Shown here: positions 36,452 to 48,900 of the stretch, one piece after another
Layout of the letters: each line of letters opens with the position of its first letter
How positions within the stretch are numbered: the first letter of the stretch is position 1
NCBI GenBank assembly: GCA_905178155.1
Contig: CAJINV010000020.1
Span: 1,054,001-1,118,000, forward strand
Direction of reading: 5' to 3'
Length of the DNA stretch: 64,000 nucleotides
Source: Amoebophrya sp. A120
Lineage: Eukaryota; Protista; Dinoflagellata
Made by a program: the position numbers and the translations under genes
Notes under the pieces: generated by a model
Seen by the model: only the letters and a program-made list of their open reading frames with translations
The model's database searches: none
Told to the model about the DNA's origin: nothing

Positions 36452-39400
36452 TCATCTGGGTCGCTTTTTTATCTTAACTCCCAACAAGGATGCAGCTGGT
36501 TCAACATGATCCGCGCCGGCGACCGCGTTCGCATCGTTCGCGCGTGCAGCAGCAGCAGCTGCCATTTTCGTCCCTTTTTCAACAGATTTTTTCTTGTTAT
36601 CCCGCTCCTTTTTTCTTTCCAGGAGCTGCTTCTTTTTCTCGTCTGCGACGCCGGCCTTGCCGCCCTTCACGAACTTCAACACCAACGCCTTGCGGCCGAA
36701 GTAGGTCCGGGGCCCCACACACTCCATGTAAACGCCGGGCACCGAGAGGAGACACTCCTCGATGTTGCCGAAACCTGCGGCACGGTAGTCCAAAGGCATT
36801 TGCACTTTTTTTTCGAGAAACGTCTTCACGTTGCGGAGCTTCACGTTTCGGAGCTCGCCCTTGTCGTGCAAAATCTGCTGGATCTCCCGCACCCAGATTT
36901 CCTCTAGCGCACCCTGCGACTCGAGGAGAATCATCTTCAGGCCGCGCGGGGGAAGCGGTCTTGTGTAGTGCGAGGACGATGTTGCTGACATTATACGCTG
37001 GCTGCCAACTGTTGCAGCCGTTGCCGTCGTTCCGGCGGTTGCAAGGGAATCGCTGGAGGTGGTTCTCTGTAGGGATTGAAGTTGTTGCCCAACACTTTCT
37101 ACTTGATCCCGCTGCACAGCAGTACTAGTTTTCCCACTTGTTGCAGTGCGCGAAGAACTACTCTTCGCTTTTATTTGGTGTAGTTGGTTCAGACTCTGCA
37201 TCGTCGCTGTTGCGGCGCAGGAGACGACTTTGTTCTGAAACAGGTGTAAGGCCATCTCCGCGTCCGGGCGCTGCAGGTACTCGCAGTGCAGAAAGCTCTG
37301 CATGGGGTTAAAGCTCAAGCGGTGAATCACTCCGGCCTGCTGCAGCAACCTTCGCCAGCCGTTCTCGGGCAACCCACCGTCGCGCTCGGGTTTAAAATTC
37401 CAGACGAAAACCGTGCGCGCAGATCGCAATTTCTTCAGCCGCATCTTCTCGCGCAGCTTTCGCACGTCCGCACGCGGCTGGTAAGTTGCTGGGGCGGCGG
37501 TTCCTGTAGAGGCAGTCGACCGGGAGCTGGCCGCTTTTTTCCTGCGGTCTACTTCTCGGTGGTTATCAACACCTCCAGCTGCATGGTCACCTCCCGCGGC
37601 GTACGTCGCACACAAGTTCCGCAAGGCATCCAGCATGGGCTGCGTTTCACCCAGCGGAATGACCAGGTTCCGCAACGCGCGCACCTCATCCCCGAGGCGT
37701 CCAAAGTCGCGCAACTGCCCGGCGACCGGCTCCAGCGCACTGGCCGTTACGTCAGTCACAACGCCGCGGCTCCGGGGACTGGCAGGAGTCGTGCTGGACG
37801 AGGAGCCAGTTCCTGAAGTAGTTCCCAGTAGGGCCGCTACCGGAGGAACGCTGCTGGATGCAGTGGCGGTAGATGAAGTAGAACCCAGTAGAACCTTGTT
37901 CGCAGCTGAAGGATGTTGCGCAGAAGAAGTCCCTGTCTTTTCTTGCGGCCCTGCAAAAGCGGGAGCGCTACTTGATGCGCTCTTTGCAGCAGAAGTAGTA
38001 GAACCTCCGAACGGGGGCTCATCTGACGACGGCTTTGCAACTGCTTCTCCTGTAGAAACTCCGTGCAGCTTCTGCTTCGACGCGGGTTCATCTACTACTT
38101 TCATCGGTTTTCCACCACTGCCACCAACAAGGGGTATGCTTTCGAAAAATCCAGATGAGCTTATTTGCAAAAGATCCGCGTGTGACCTATCCTATGTAAA
38201 AACGTACCCATCCCATAGTCAAGATGGGGAATCGGCTAGACAAATCCACAAGCTTTGGCTGTTTCACATGACAAATTTGGACGCGTGGTGTAGTGCTGTT
38301 TGAGCCTGTTCAGCAGCATTACAGATCTAGTCTCTCATGCTGATTGGAGCATGACAAATTTCAAAACACCATTAGAAAATGCTCCTCATGGGGCTCCGCA
38401 TGAGAAACATTTTAAGCATGCAGATTTGCATGACAACTATGGTGTGGGGACGTTTTTACACAGGATATGACCGCCTCCAGGAAGGATGGAATCGTCGCAA
38501 ACTTTCGTAGACTTCGCGAAAGGCTTGATAGGTTAAAACGCGACCGAGCGTGTACTTCATCATGCGCTTGGTGATCATCAGGTAGGCCTTCTGCGGATGC
38601 ACAATCTTGTAGTACGGAGCGCAGGCGTCCAAAATGTCGGCGATCACATCGATCAAACGCCGAAACTCGACGGTAGTCAGATACTTCTTCTCGCGGTTGC
38701 GGGGATCGCCAGTTGCAACTTTTTTTTCCACCGTGGCCTCCAACTCCATTCCACCAACACCTTTCGCCACTCCTTCTGGACGAGCTGCTGCTACGTCATA
38801 CGTTGAGAGGTCGACAACCACACTGATGTCGGTTCTTCTCGCACCGGACAATGTTAGGGATTCCTGGTGCTTCCCAAACCTGTTTTCCGGAAGCTTCAAC
38901 TTCTGCAGAAACGAGATCGGGCCGAGCAGTAAGTAGCTTTCGTCTTTTCTGTCTTCTGGCGGCTTCAGACTTTGTTCGGCCGGCGTACTGCTGGTCGTGT
39001 GTAAGGCTTCGTCGGTAGGGAAACGGAGCTGGTTCACCAGCACACTTGGCAAATCGCGGCGCGCCCGCGCCCGCATGGTCGTGTTGAAATGCGATGAAGT
39101 GATCGAGGACGTTCGCTCCAGCGGCGTAGGTTCTGCTGCAGAAGTCGCTTGCTGCCCGATGCTCTGCGCGCTTTCAGTTCTTGATGTTGTTGTCCTGGCT
39201 TCGTCGCGAACATCTTCCTGTGCGAGCGGCGCCGCTCCTTGTTCCGCCTGGCTTTTGTTTCCGACCACGTCTTCTGTTAGTGTTTCCGCCCGTTCTCCAG
39301 ATGGACCTCGACCTCGAGTTGCCCCACCACGGGGGCCGCTTGAGCTACTACTTCCACCCCCAACTACGCCGGCAAGAACTCCGCTAGAACTACTCGGCGG

Positions 39401-41509
39401 GTGGGGCACTTTCAATAAATTCGTCGGCACCCGCTTCGCGGCAAACTGGGCCAGAATGTCGGGGACCGGCGCCTTCGGGTTTTGCAGCCGGGAAAGCTGG
39501 AGAAGGAGCAGGTCCACAAACACGTCGTCCAAGCAGAACCGCTTCGGCCCGTGGGACAGTTGCCCGAGCTCGTCGCGGATTGTCACCCGGTACCAGAAGG
39601 CCTCGAAGCTCGTGAAATCCTTCGGACAGTCCACGCTCTGCGGGATTTCCTCCTGCAGCGCGTTTTGCCGGTAGAACAGCCGCGCGTAGCTCTCCCGAAA
39701 GAAAACCGGATCGGGCCTCTGTGGGGGTTTCACCTCGTGGTAGATGTTGTCAACATGTTGATCTCTGCCGGTGGCCCCTCGTTTCCCGCCCGGCAGACCG
39801 GCCTCTGCAGGAGGTTCAAGCTTAGCCTCTTCTTGATGTTGCCCATCATCAGTAATTCCACCGTCGGCGACGTTTTTCTGTTTGCTATCCCTGCCACTTT
39901 TCTTTTCCGAAGTCGCTGCAACTTTCTGCTTTTTGGTCGCTGGGGCCGCACCCCCCGCAGGTTCGCCGCCCAGCACACCGTTTGAACTAGAAGCGGCACG
40001 CTTCAAAGCTTGGACATCCAAACCCGCTGACGCCAGCTGCTGTTCTCGCAGTTGGTCTCGCTCGCGGCGTTCGCGCTTTTGTTTCTGCCGCCGCTCGGCG
40101 GCCTCTCGCCGGGCGCGAATTTTCACAGAGTCGTCCCCCGACGACACAGAGTCACTGTTCGGTGCAAAGTCCGGGAATCGACAAGAATTATTGATATCAC
40201 CGTAGCTGTTATTCTTTTTCTTGCCCTCGTCGGAGGCCGAAAAGTGACTCGCTGCACTAGAAATATCACTTCTGACACTGTAGTTTCTGCTTGGTCTGTC
40301 TTTTCGGCTTCTCTTTGTCCGCGTAGTAGTTCCTGTGTTTTTTTCTGACGCAGTTTCATCTACTTCGTTGTGATCGCTAGTACAACTTTTGTCACCAGCA
40401 TCAAGACCACCACCTCGTCGGTCCTTTTGGTGTTTTCTGTGCTGCTGACCTTTCATGATTTTCGATTGTCCGCTGTCGTGCGCAACTTTCCGTGCCAGGT
40501 TCTGCCACACTCGTGGAAACGAGAGCCTTCCGAATTTTTCCAAAGCAGCCTTGATCTTCGCAATGCCGAGCGGGCGGGACGAGGTCGAGGTGGAAGAAGT
40601 CAGATCACCCTGCTGATTATTGTTGGCGTCTTCGAGCGTGCTTGGTTCCTCTTCGGAAACCACTGAAGGAAAGCGCCCAACAGAAATTCCGCTACCTCGT
40701 TCTGAATCAAGGTCAAAGCTCCCGCCGCGTGCGGACAAAATATCTAAATCGTCGAGGCCTTGTTCCGCCTCCTGTTCCGACAGAATAGCACCCAACATTT
40801 TTGCCGCCTGCCCATCAACCACTTTGGACGTCGATAGAGCATCAGTCGCATGAGTGCTACTCCCAGCTCCCCCGTTTATTGTCGCCACGACTGCTGAGGC
40901 TGTTTCGAACGCCCCTGCCGCGGCTCTCGTTTTTCCTCCACCTACACCTCCGAAAGATGTTGAAAAAAAAGATGCTGTGCTGCCCCTTGACGCGTGCAGG
41001 TCGAATTCCAAGGGCGCGACGCCGACGAGACAGAGGCGCTCGAACAGTAGCTGCTTCTTTGCGTGACTCAAACAGTACAACACTTGTCGCCGGAGGCTCG
41101 GGGCCAGCCGGACGTAGTCGATAAGCGCCGCGAAGTCGGAGGGCTGGTGCCGACTCGCGAACCAATCGTTGGGATTATCCGATTTCTCCGGTCGCAGGGG
41201 ATGCCACTGCCTCACGTGCAATTTTCCCGGATCGACAAGGAGTTTAAGATTCGAGGAAGTCGAAGTTGTAGAAGAAGCCGGCTTGTTGTTCGTGTTCCTC
41301 GTATCGTTTACGTTTTTTACTTGTTCGCTCTGAGCCAAATCTACTTGTTCGTCAGTTTGATTTCCAACAACTGCTTTGTCTTCGGTAGTACCAGGGGGTT
41401 GATGGCGCGGAAGAATATCACCAGGAGGAGGTGGCTGGCTCACTTTCTGTTTCTTCGCAGCTGCAGCCTTCGCCTTGGCGTTTGAAACCGATGAGCTGGA
41501 AGATTTCAT
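36452..41509 (-). CDS. Large protein with RRM-like and OST-HTH/LOTUS-like domains (~1590 aa, 2 exons)
   Basis: Removing 38188-38467 joins the 1017-aa and 572-aa ORFs (WRRSHADLLQIS). TVFVWNF...FLHCEY..DAEMAL is RRM-like; LDYRAAGFGNIEECLLSVPG is LOTUS-like. Confidence 0.78.
38188..38467. mobile_element. Introner-type element, family F (280 bp)
   Basis: TIR tatcct.tgtaaaaacgt.ccca, TSD tgacc/tgacc. Confidence 0.92.
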
Positions 41510-42176
41510 TGGCTAGCTTCTTTGGCGCCGTGGAGCGAGATAATCTAAATTTCAGTAAGACTAAGAGCAGATGACTGCGACAAAGATCATGAGTTCTCAG
41601 CTCTTCCCAACTACAAAAGTTAAAGTAGCAGAAGGAGAAGCTACAGGAAATTAGCAACGCTTATCTCTAGTGACACTGGAATAAAAAGATTAGTCTCGTC
41701 CGGAGTCAAGAATGACGTGAATTTGATTCGAAATTTTCAATTTGAAAAGCTATTAATGTAGAAGCAGGGCAAACGAGTGAACAAGTTGTAGGCTACAATG
41801 CCTGCAGCGAGGCATTGATTTTTGCTGTTGATATTTACAAATCCTTCGATGCTGGTACTAGTCCGTTATTCGTCCTCCAACATCTTAGTTTCATCATCGT
41901 GGATGTCGTTAACTCCGATTCAACGGAACGGATGTCAGAGCACCATGGCCATGCTGGTTTCCATCCTTTCCTTCCTGATCTACTTCCACGCATTGTAAAT
42001 TCACATCTGCACAGTCAGTGGTTAATATCCCTTGTCCTTGTCGTGGTTGTCTATTCTAGGAATTCAACTAAATGCGACTGGAGCAGGTGGACAAATTAGC
42101 TGCCTACAACTAGCGCAAGCGCTGAACCCGACAGGTCGTTGCTGCAACGGGTTCTGGTTAAGATTTCTTTAGTCTT

Positions 42177-44863
42177 CTAGTCTTGGCGCGCGTTGTGGTG
42201 CATGACCTCGAGCTCGGATTTGAGAAACGAGTTTTCGCTCTGCAGATCGAAGATCTTTGCGTACGCGTCCTGCAGCTGGCGCGTGAGTCGCAACGCAAGA
42301 TTCTGGTACGATTTCAGTTCCGACGAGACAAAAACCAACTGCCGGACGTCCGCGCTCGTAGTATCGGGAAAGGTTGGATTCAGCTCGATGATGGGCGGCT
42401 TTGGGGGGAGCCTGGAGGTGCTCGTGGTGGTGCCACAATTCTGGCGTTTGCTGGGATCACCTCCCGGAAGATGTGTTGGTGTTGATGCGACTCCAGGGTT
42501 GATACCATTAGTTGTGCCTGCGCTAGTTCCACTTCTGCCATCGGTATTAGTTCCTGCGCTAGCACCTCCAGACGGAATACCCACATTAGCTCGACTGGCC
42601 TGCTGGTGCTCGAGTGCAGCGGTAATCGCGGACCGTTGGGTCGATGTTGAGCTTTGGTCTTGCTCGTGCGCACCAGTACCTCCTCCGCCGGTTGTTGCGC
42701 CGCTACTTCCACTCCGTTTGATCGCCGCATTCGAGGAGGTTTGGTGCGCGTTATTCCCACCGACTCCAGCTGCGGTCGGTCCCGCCCCGGCGCTAGAGGT
42801 ACTACTCGACACAGTAGCGTGGCTTGGCGTACGCTCGGACAGATGTTGATGCTTCGTGCCATGTTGAGGTTGATGCGCAGAAGAGGTCACCGCATGCAGA
42901 TGATCTCCTGTACTACTTGTTGCGCCAGCAGCAGCTGCTGCTCCTGGTCCTGCTCCCCCCGCCTGGTGCTGCAGTTGGAGCAGCGCCGCACTGCGCTCCG
43001 CGAAGAGCTTCTGGTCGGACAAGGCCACAGTGTGGGAAAACCCGCAGGACACCCCGACCACCGCTTTGCCGGACAGCACTCGAATCTGAGTCGGAACGTT
43101 CGCAGGGATGGTTGCTTCCGTGTGGCCGAACACGCGGCTCGTGCTCTATCCTATGTAACAACGTCCCCACCCCATAGTCAAGATGGCAAATCGGCTAGAC
43201 AAATCCACAAGTTTTGGCTGTTCTGCATGACAAATTTGGGCTCTTCGTGTAGTGCTGTTTGAGCTAGCTGAGCAGCATCACTGATCTAGTATGCCATGCT
43301 GAATGGAGCATGACAAATCCCAAAACACGAATAGAAAATGCTTCTCATGCACAGGGCTTCGCATGAGAAACATTCTCAGCATGCAGATTTGCATTACAAC
43401 TATGGGGAGGTCGGGTTGGGGACGTTTTTAAATACGATATGCCCCAGGCCCACACGTCCCCCCGGTCGGTCACCGCCGCGCAGTGGCTGTGGCCGGTGGA
43501 GATTTGCAGCACGAAGACCGCGTTCAGAGCTTGAACTAACCGGGGCGTGACCTCGTCCATCTCGGACAACGCGTGACCCAACCGCCCGGCCTGGCCCCAC
43601 GTGAACACCTCGCCAGCCGTAGTTAGGCTCATGCTGTGCTGGGACCCCAAAGCGCACTGCTTCATTTTGCGACCCACCGGGGCTTGCAGAAGCACGGGCG
43701 ACAAGCAACTCTCCTTGTTGCCGTGGCCCAGCTTGCCAAACGCGCCCCCACCCCAGGTGTAGAGACAACCCTGCGCGGTTGCGAGAAAGGCTGTGTGATG
43801 CCCGCCGCACGTGATGACGCCCTCGCCAAGGTCCTTCAGGGGCATGGGTACGGCCCGATCCGCTTCGTCTCCGTGTCCCAACCGCCCGCTCAGCCCCAGC
43901 CCCCAAGTGTACACGATCGCACAACTGCTACTGTGTGCAGGAGCTGCTCCGTGGTGCTGGGATGTTGAAAAGTGGTGTGGGTGGTGGTGCTGGACTCCTG
44001 CTCCTGCTAGGGCATGATGATTGCCAGAACCTCCAGCACCCTGTACTCCCGTTCCGGTTCCGGAAGCACCAGAGATCCTATCGTTTGCTCCTCCACCAGC
44101 GGACATGATTGACCCACCACCATGCGAGGTGGCGTGGTGCGCCAAATGCGATGCGAGGTTACCACCGCTATCGGCTCCTGCGCCGGGTCCACCTCCCGTG
44201 GTGCTACCGGCTGTGGATGAGGACACACCACCCGCTCCAGCACCTCCGCCCGTCACACAGACACAGGCGGTGTGGAAGTCGCCGCAGCCATCCACAGAAA
44301 AGAACTCATTCCCGCCATGCCCATCCATTTTTTGCATGACAGACACAGGATCTTATTCATCTTTTGCATGACAAAGTGGAAGGATTGGGATCATGGGTCT
44401 TTTTTTGTGGATACCAGCTGACCTGTGCCACGTGTTGCCCGAACAGGGTCTCCACCGGTTTCGGCAGCATCTCGTTGCTCTTGCACCCGTGCCCCAGGCG
44501 GCCGTTCTGGCCGCGACCCCAGGTGTACAAAACGCCGGACTCCGACACGGCCGCGGTGTGGTGCTCGGCGCACGAAATTTGTCGGATGTTTTTGCTGTTC
44601 AGCGACCGGATGGTGCGGGGGAGCGGGACCTCCTGCCAGTCCGGCCCGAGGCCCAGCTGTCCGCTTTTGTTGCTACCCCACGTGTACACTTCGTTGCCTT
44701 CGGTTAAGACACAGGAATGATGGCCTCCGCAAACCACCGCGCGCACGTGCACATGCCGCAACGCCTCGACCAGTCGGGGTCCGTACACTTTTTCCTCCCC
44801 GGAAGAGTTCTCGACCTGCTGACCCCACACCACCACGCCGGCCTTCGTGGACTGGTTTCCCAT
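42177..44863 (-). CDS. RCC1-repeat protein with C-terminal coiled coil (~752 aa, 3 exons)
   Basis: Repeated VYTWG..GxLG.G and CGxxH motifs; removing 44289-44413 and 43147-43439 gives a 2259-nt frame; MGNQS start is compatible with N-myristoylation. Confidence 0.9.
43147..43439. mobile_element. Introner-type element, family F (293 bp)
   Basis: Similar to 38188; TSD tgctc/tgccc. Confidence 0.9.
44289..44413. mobile_element. Introner-type element, family B (125 bp)
   Basis: catccacagaaaaga...tcttttttttgtggata ends (left terminus CAT), TSD gcagc/ccagc; removal gives VSCGDFHTAC. Confidence 0.85.
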
Positions 44864-45901
44864 TTCGGGTTTTTATCGTTTGTTCTTGCGCGGCAGAATC
44901 TTGTAGTTGTTCCCAAGAACAAACGTCGTCGTGTTTATTGCAGAACGACGACGACCCAACCACGGAAGATGGACATGGACACGACGCAACTCATAATTCG
45001 AGCGGTCTAAGTGCAGAAGAAGCCTTGTATTACTTTCACAGGGAACATACAACCTCAGGTGATGAATCGGATCAAGTTTTGCTCTCTGGAGGTGTCTCTC
45101 GTCGTACTATCTTCTGGCGAAATATCGCAATGAGACCTTGCCAGACTGATGATCTGGTAAGTAGCTGCAGATGAGCTGCTGATCCTCCTGCTGCTAAGAT
45201 CTTTTTTTTGGCAGTGAGCGATAACATTATCGCTGCAACGACGTCCTCCTGGTTAAAGCACAATGAACAACATTTCGTTTCATGTGGTACTTCTGTGGCC
45301 CGTAGCCGAACTACCAACCGCGGCCGCTTGTTCCGGCGTCGCATTTATAATATCGATTTTTCTCGATGGATTATCTACTTGTAGTTTGTTGTTGCCACAT
45401 TTGGTTGAATGCGATTTCCTTATGTAGCGGGCCTTGGAAAAATTGTTTTGTAGAAAGGTAGTGTGAAGAAAATAAATGACGCAGTTGTACCGCAGCCGAT
45501 GATGCGCGAGTGTGGAGCCATACAACTAGCGTGTTGCTGAAAAAGAAAAGTAGAAGTACTTAGATTCTGAAGACTTAACTCATGACAATAAATGTGATCA
45601 CTCCATCATACACCACCAAAAATGCTGCGACCAATGTATGTTTTTTTCATCATCTTACAGTGTTTATGTCAGCGTATGTTCGCTTAAATAGTACAAGTAC
45701 AACAAAAAAAAAAGAAACAACTCACACTCAGCATACTCATACTCCGTCAAACCAAAAGTCATCAATTTAGCCTACGATCAAAATAAGTAATCTTCACGAG
45801 CTTTCTTGTAGTTCTTTTCGGAAAGCAATGAATTTGCCAGTGAATGATGTGCTAAAAACTCTTTATGTGTATCGTGACCAAGACCATCGGAACAAGAGCT
45901 T

Positions 45902-48900
45902 CTATTTTTTCACCTTTCCTGGCCTGCCGCCCGCGCACCCCCCGCCGCGACCAGGAGCACAGCCTCGGTCTTTCTGATTCGGCTGTGAATTAGCTGTCTC
46001 ATTTGATCCATCGGATGAGGTAGCGGACACCATGTTCTTCTCTCCCTGTGGACCACCTCGTGGGTTCACCGCAGGCGCTGCTGGTTTCGGTACTTGATTC
46101 ATGTAAGCTTCTAAGAGTTTCACCACTTCTTCCTGGCTCTCGATGTCCGCCTTGACACGCTTGACCAGCACTCGATGTTCCTGCGGCGGGAGCTGCTGCT
46201 TGAGAAATAGCTGGTCTTGATCTTGCTCGTCGGTGGTTACTACTTGAGTGCTATTGTTGTAGATCATCGCATATCAAATGTAAAAGTGTCTGGGTCTGGA
46301 AAAATGCAAGATTTGTGATGCAGTTTTTCCATGACCCATGAGGCCTGGAATGCAGCACCTAGCATGACAAACGCTGTGAGGTGTCTATCATGCATATTCT
46401 GCATGAGAAACTCCCTGTCAAACTGTTCAAAAGTGGACATCTTTTGGTAATCATGCAACACAAATTTTTGCATGCTTCAGCTTCAGCATGACAAGTTGCA
46501 TTCTTCCAGACCCGGACACTTTTACATTTGATATCGCAGAGTTGCGCTTCGCAAACAGTTTGTCCTTCTATCCTGAGTAAAAACGTACCCACGCCAGAGT
46601 TGTAATGCAGATTTGCAAAGACAGGACGCCTTGTAATGCGCATCCCCATGAGAGCCACTTCCAGTCGTGTTTTGGAATTTGTGATGCTGTGAACAGGATA
46701 AGCAGATGAATCTGTGATGCGCCTGCACTTGCTAACCAGCACTACACTGCGGAGTGCAATTTGTCATGCGTGACTCCCAAAACTCCTAGGTTTGTGTTGC
46801 AAAATCCCCATCCTGGCTCTGGTGTGGGGACGTTTTTACTCAGGATACCTTCTTCGCCAGAAACAGCTCGTTCTGCCGTTTCTCGATGTCCTGCGCGAGT
46901 AAATTCATTTTCACCAGAACTTGCACCGCATGCGCCTTTATCAAATGTAAAAATGTCGTGGTCTGGAAGAATGCAACCTGTGATGCTGCGTTTGGATTCC
47001 AGAAAAATCTGTATTGCATGAGTACCAAGAGGAATGCAATTTTTGCTACGCGGAGAGGGCATTTGTCATGCGGAATAGGCATCAAGAAGCTCTCAAAAAA
47101 TCCGTGATGCTAGGGCATGCATCAGAGACATCAGGGCTCATGCAAAACGTGCATGACAAGTGTCAGAATCTTCCAGACCCAGGCATTTTTACAGTTGATA
47201 GCCTTCGCGTGGGATACAATAGACAGCCGGGAGCTGTCGGTCATGGAGTTACTCGTGTCCACAATATAGTCGTAATCCTCAGCGGTGGCTGCAGTTGTTC
47301 CCCCCGCCTTGTAGTTCCCGCTCGCGGTCTTTTTCAGCGCCAACACCGGGGCCGCCGCGTCTTGCTCATCCACAAGAACCCAGGAATCCCTTTCGTAGAT
47401 GTCATTTGTTCCATCATCGGGGGCCTCCTCGTCGTCAAAGATCGTTTGATTGTCTCGACTTTGGAGGTCTTGTGGCGAGATAAGGTTGTTCATCTTTTTC
47501 TTACTTGCGGTGTGTTGTGGTCTTCCACTCTCACCCGTAGAAGGAGCGGGCAGCTGCAGCCCGGAAAATGCCAAGGCCGTGTCTGTATCAAATGTAAAAA
47601 TGTCTGGGTCTGGAAGAGTCCGAACTTGTGATGTTGCATTTGGATTCCAAAAAAATCTGTATTGCATAACCAGCTAAGGGAGTGCAATTTTGGCTACGCG
47701 GAGAGGGCATTTGTCATGCGGAATAGGCATCGCGAAGCCCTCAAAAAGCCTGTGTTGATGCTAGGGCATGCATCACAGACGTCATGGCCTATGCAATACG
47801 TGCATGACAAGTCTCAGAATCTTCCAGACCCAGACATTTTTGCATTTCATAGTCTGCTAGCAGCGTCCTTACACATTCGCTGTCCACCCCGCCGTCGCAG
47901 GCGCGCTCCAGCAGGTCCGCGAGCGCCGCCGCGCTGATCTTCGATTTGGTCCGTTGCACAAGCGATTGGAGAAAAATCGGCCTGACTTCCTTCAACCGGA
48001 GCTGCTTCCGGAAACAGGCCTCTAAAACCGTCCGGAATTTCGTGTCTAACCGTCCGCACTCCCAGGCTTGCACGGCGATGGCGGAGAGCCCGGAGGGCGG
48101 CACCTTGCCGGATAAGGAGATCTCCTGGAGCATCGAGGGAAAGGGGACTAACCCCATGGGCTGCTCGTTCGCGTCCTTCAGCGAAAACGCGGACACGACA
48201 ATGTTGGTACAGGAGGTCGCAACCGGATTGTACTCCTTCAAATCTGGCAACCCGTACTCCGGCCACACTTCCCGGCTGTTGTCGTTGCAGGCCAGCGAGA
48301 ACACCGTGTGCCCGTCGTGGGCGGTGTGGCTCAAGTCAAGCGCGAACTATGGAAGCGTCAGGATTGAAATCGTCAAAGTTGAAATAATTTGTAATGCATA
48401 AAATGCATGACGCGAGGTGCGTGCATTGCAGAGCAGGCAAGTGAGGCCGATTGTAAGCCTTTTTGGGTTACAGCTCGAGCTGCTAAAGTAGCATGAGAAA
48501 ATCACTCTTCTTTGCCTAAACAGCATGACAAACTGGATTTCGGGACCGCCGAAATTTGTCATGCGCCACTTGGAAACTGGGTTCCAAGTGGCGTCCGTTT
48601 TATGCATGGCAAATCGTTTCAACTTTGTCGATTTTAAACCTGACACTTCCATACGAACCCCGCCTCGTCTAATAACAAATCAAATGTCTCCCGGGCCCCG
48701 AATTGCACGGCCAGCATCAGGGGCGTGTACCCGTTGTGCGTGTTCTGGCTCAGGAGCTTCGATTTGCTGTCCGCCCCGTTGCGGGCGTTCTGCTCCAGCA
48801 GGCTCTGCATCTCGAGCGACACCATCTGGGTCTTCCGAGGCGTGTTCGGCGGGGAGAAGTTCGGAATCACCGGACGTGGCCGGGGAGAGGTGTTGTTTTC

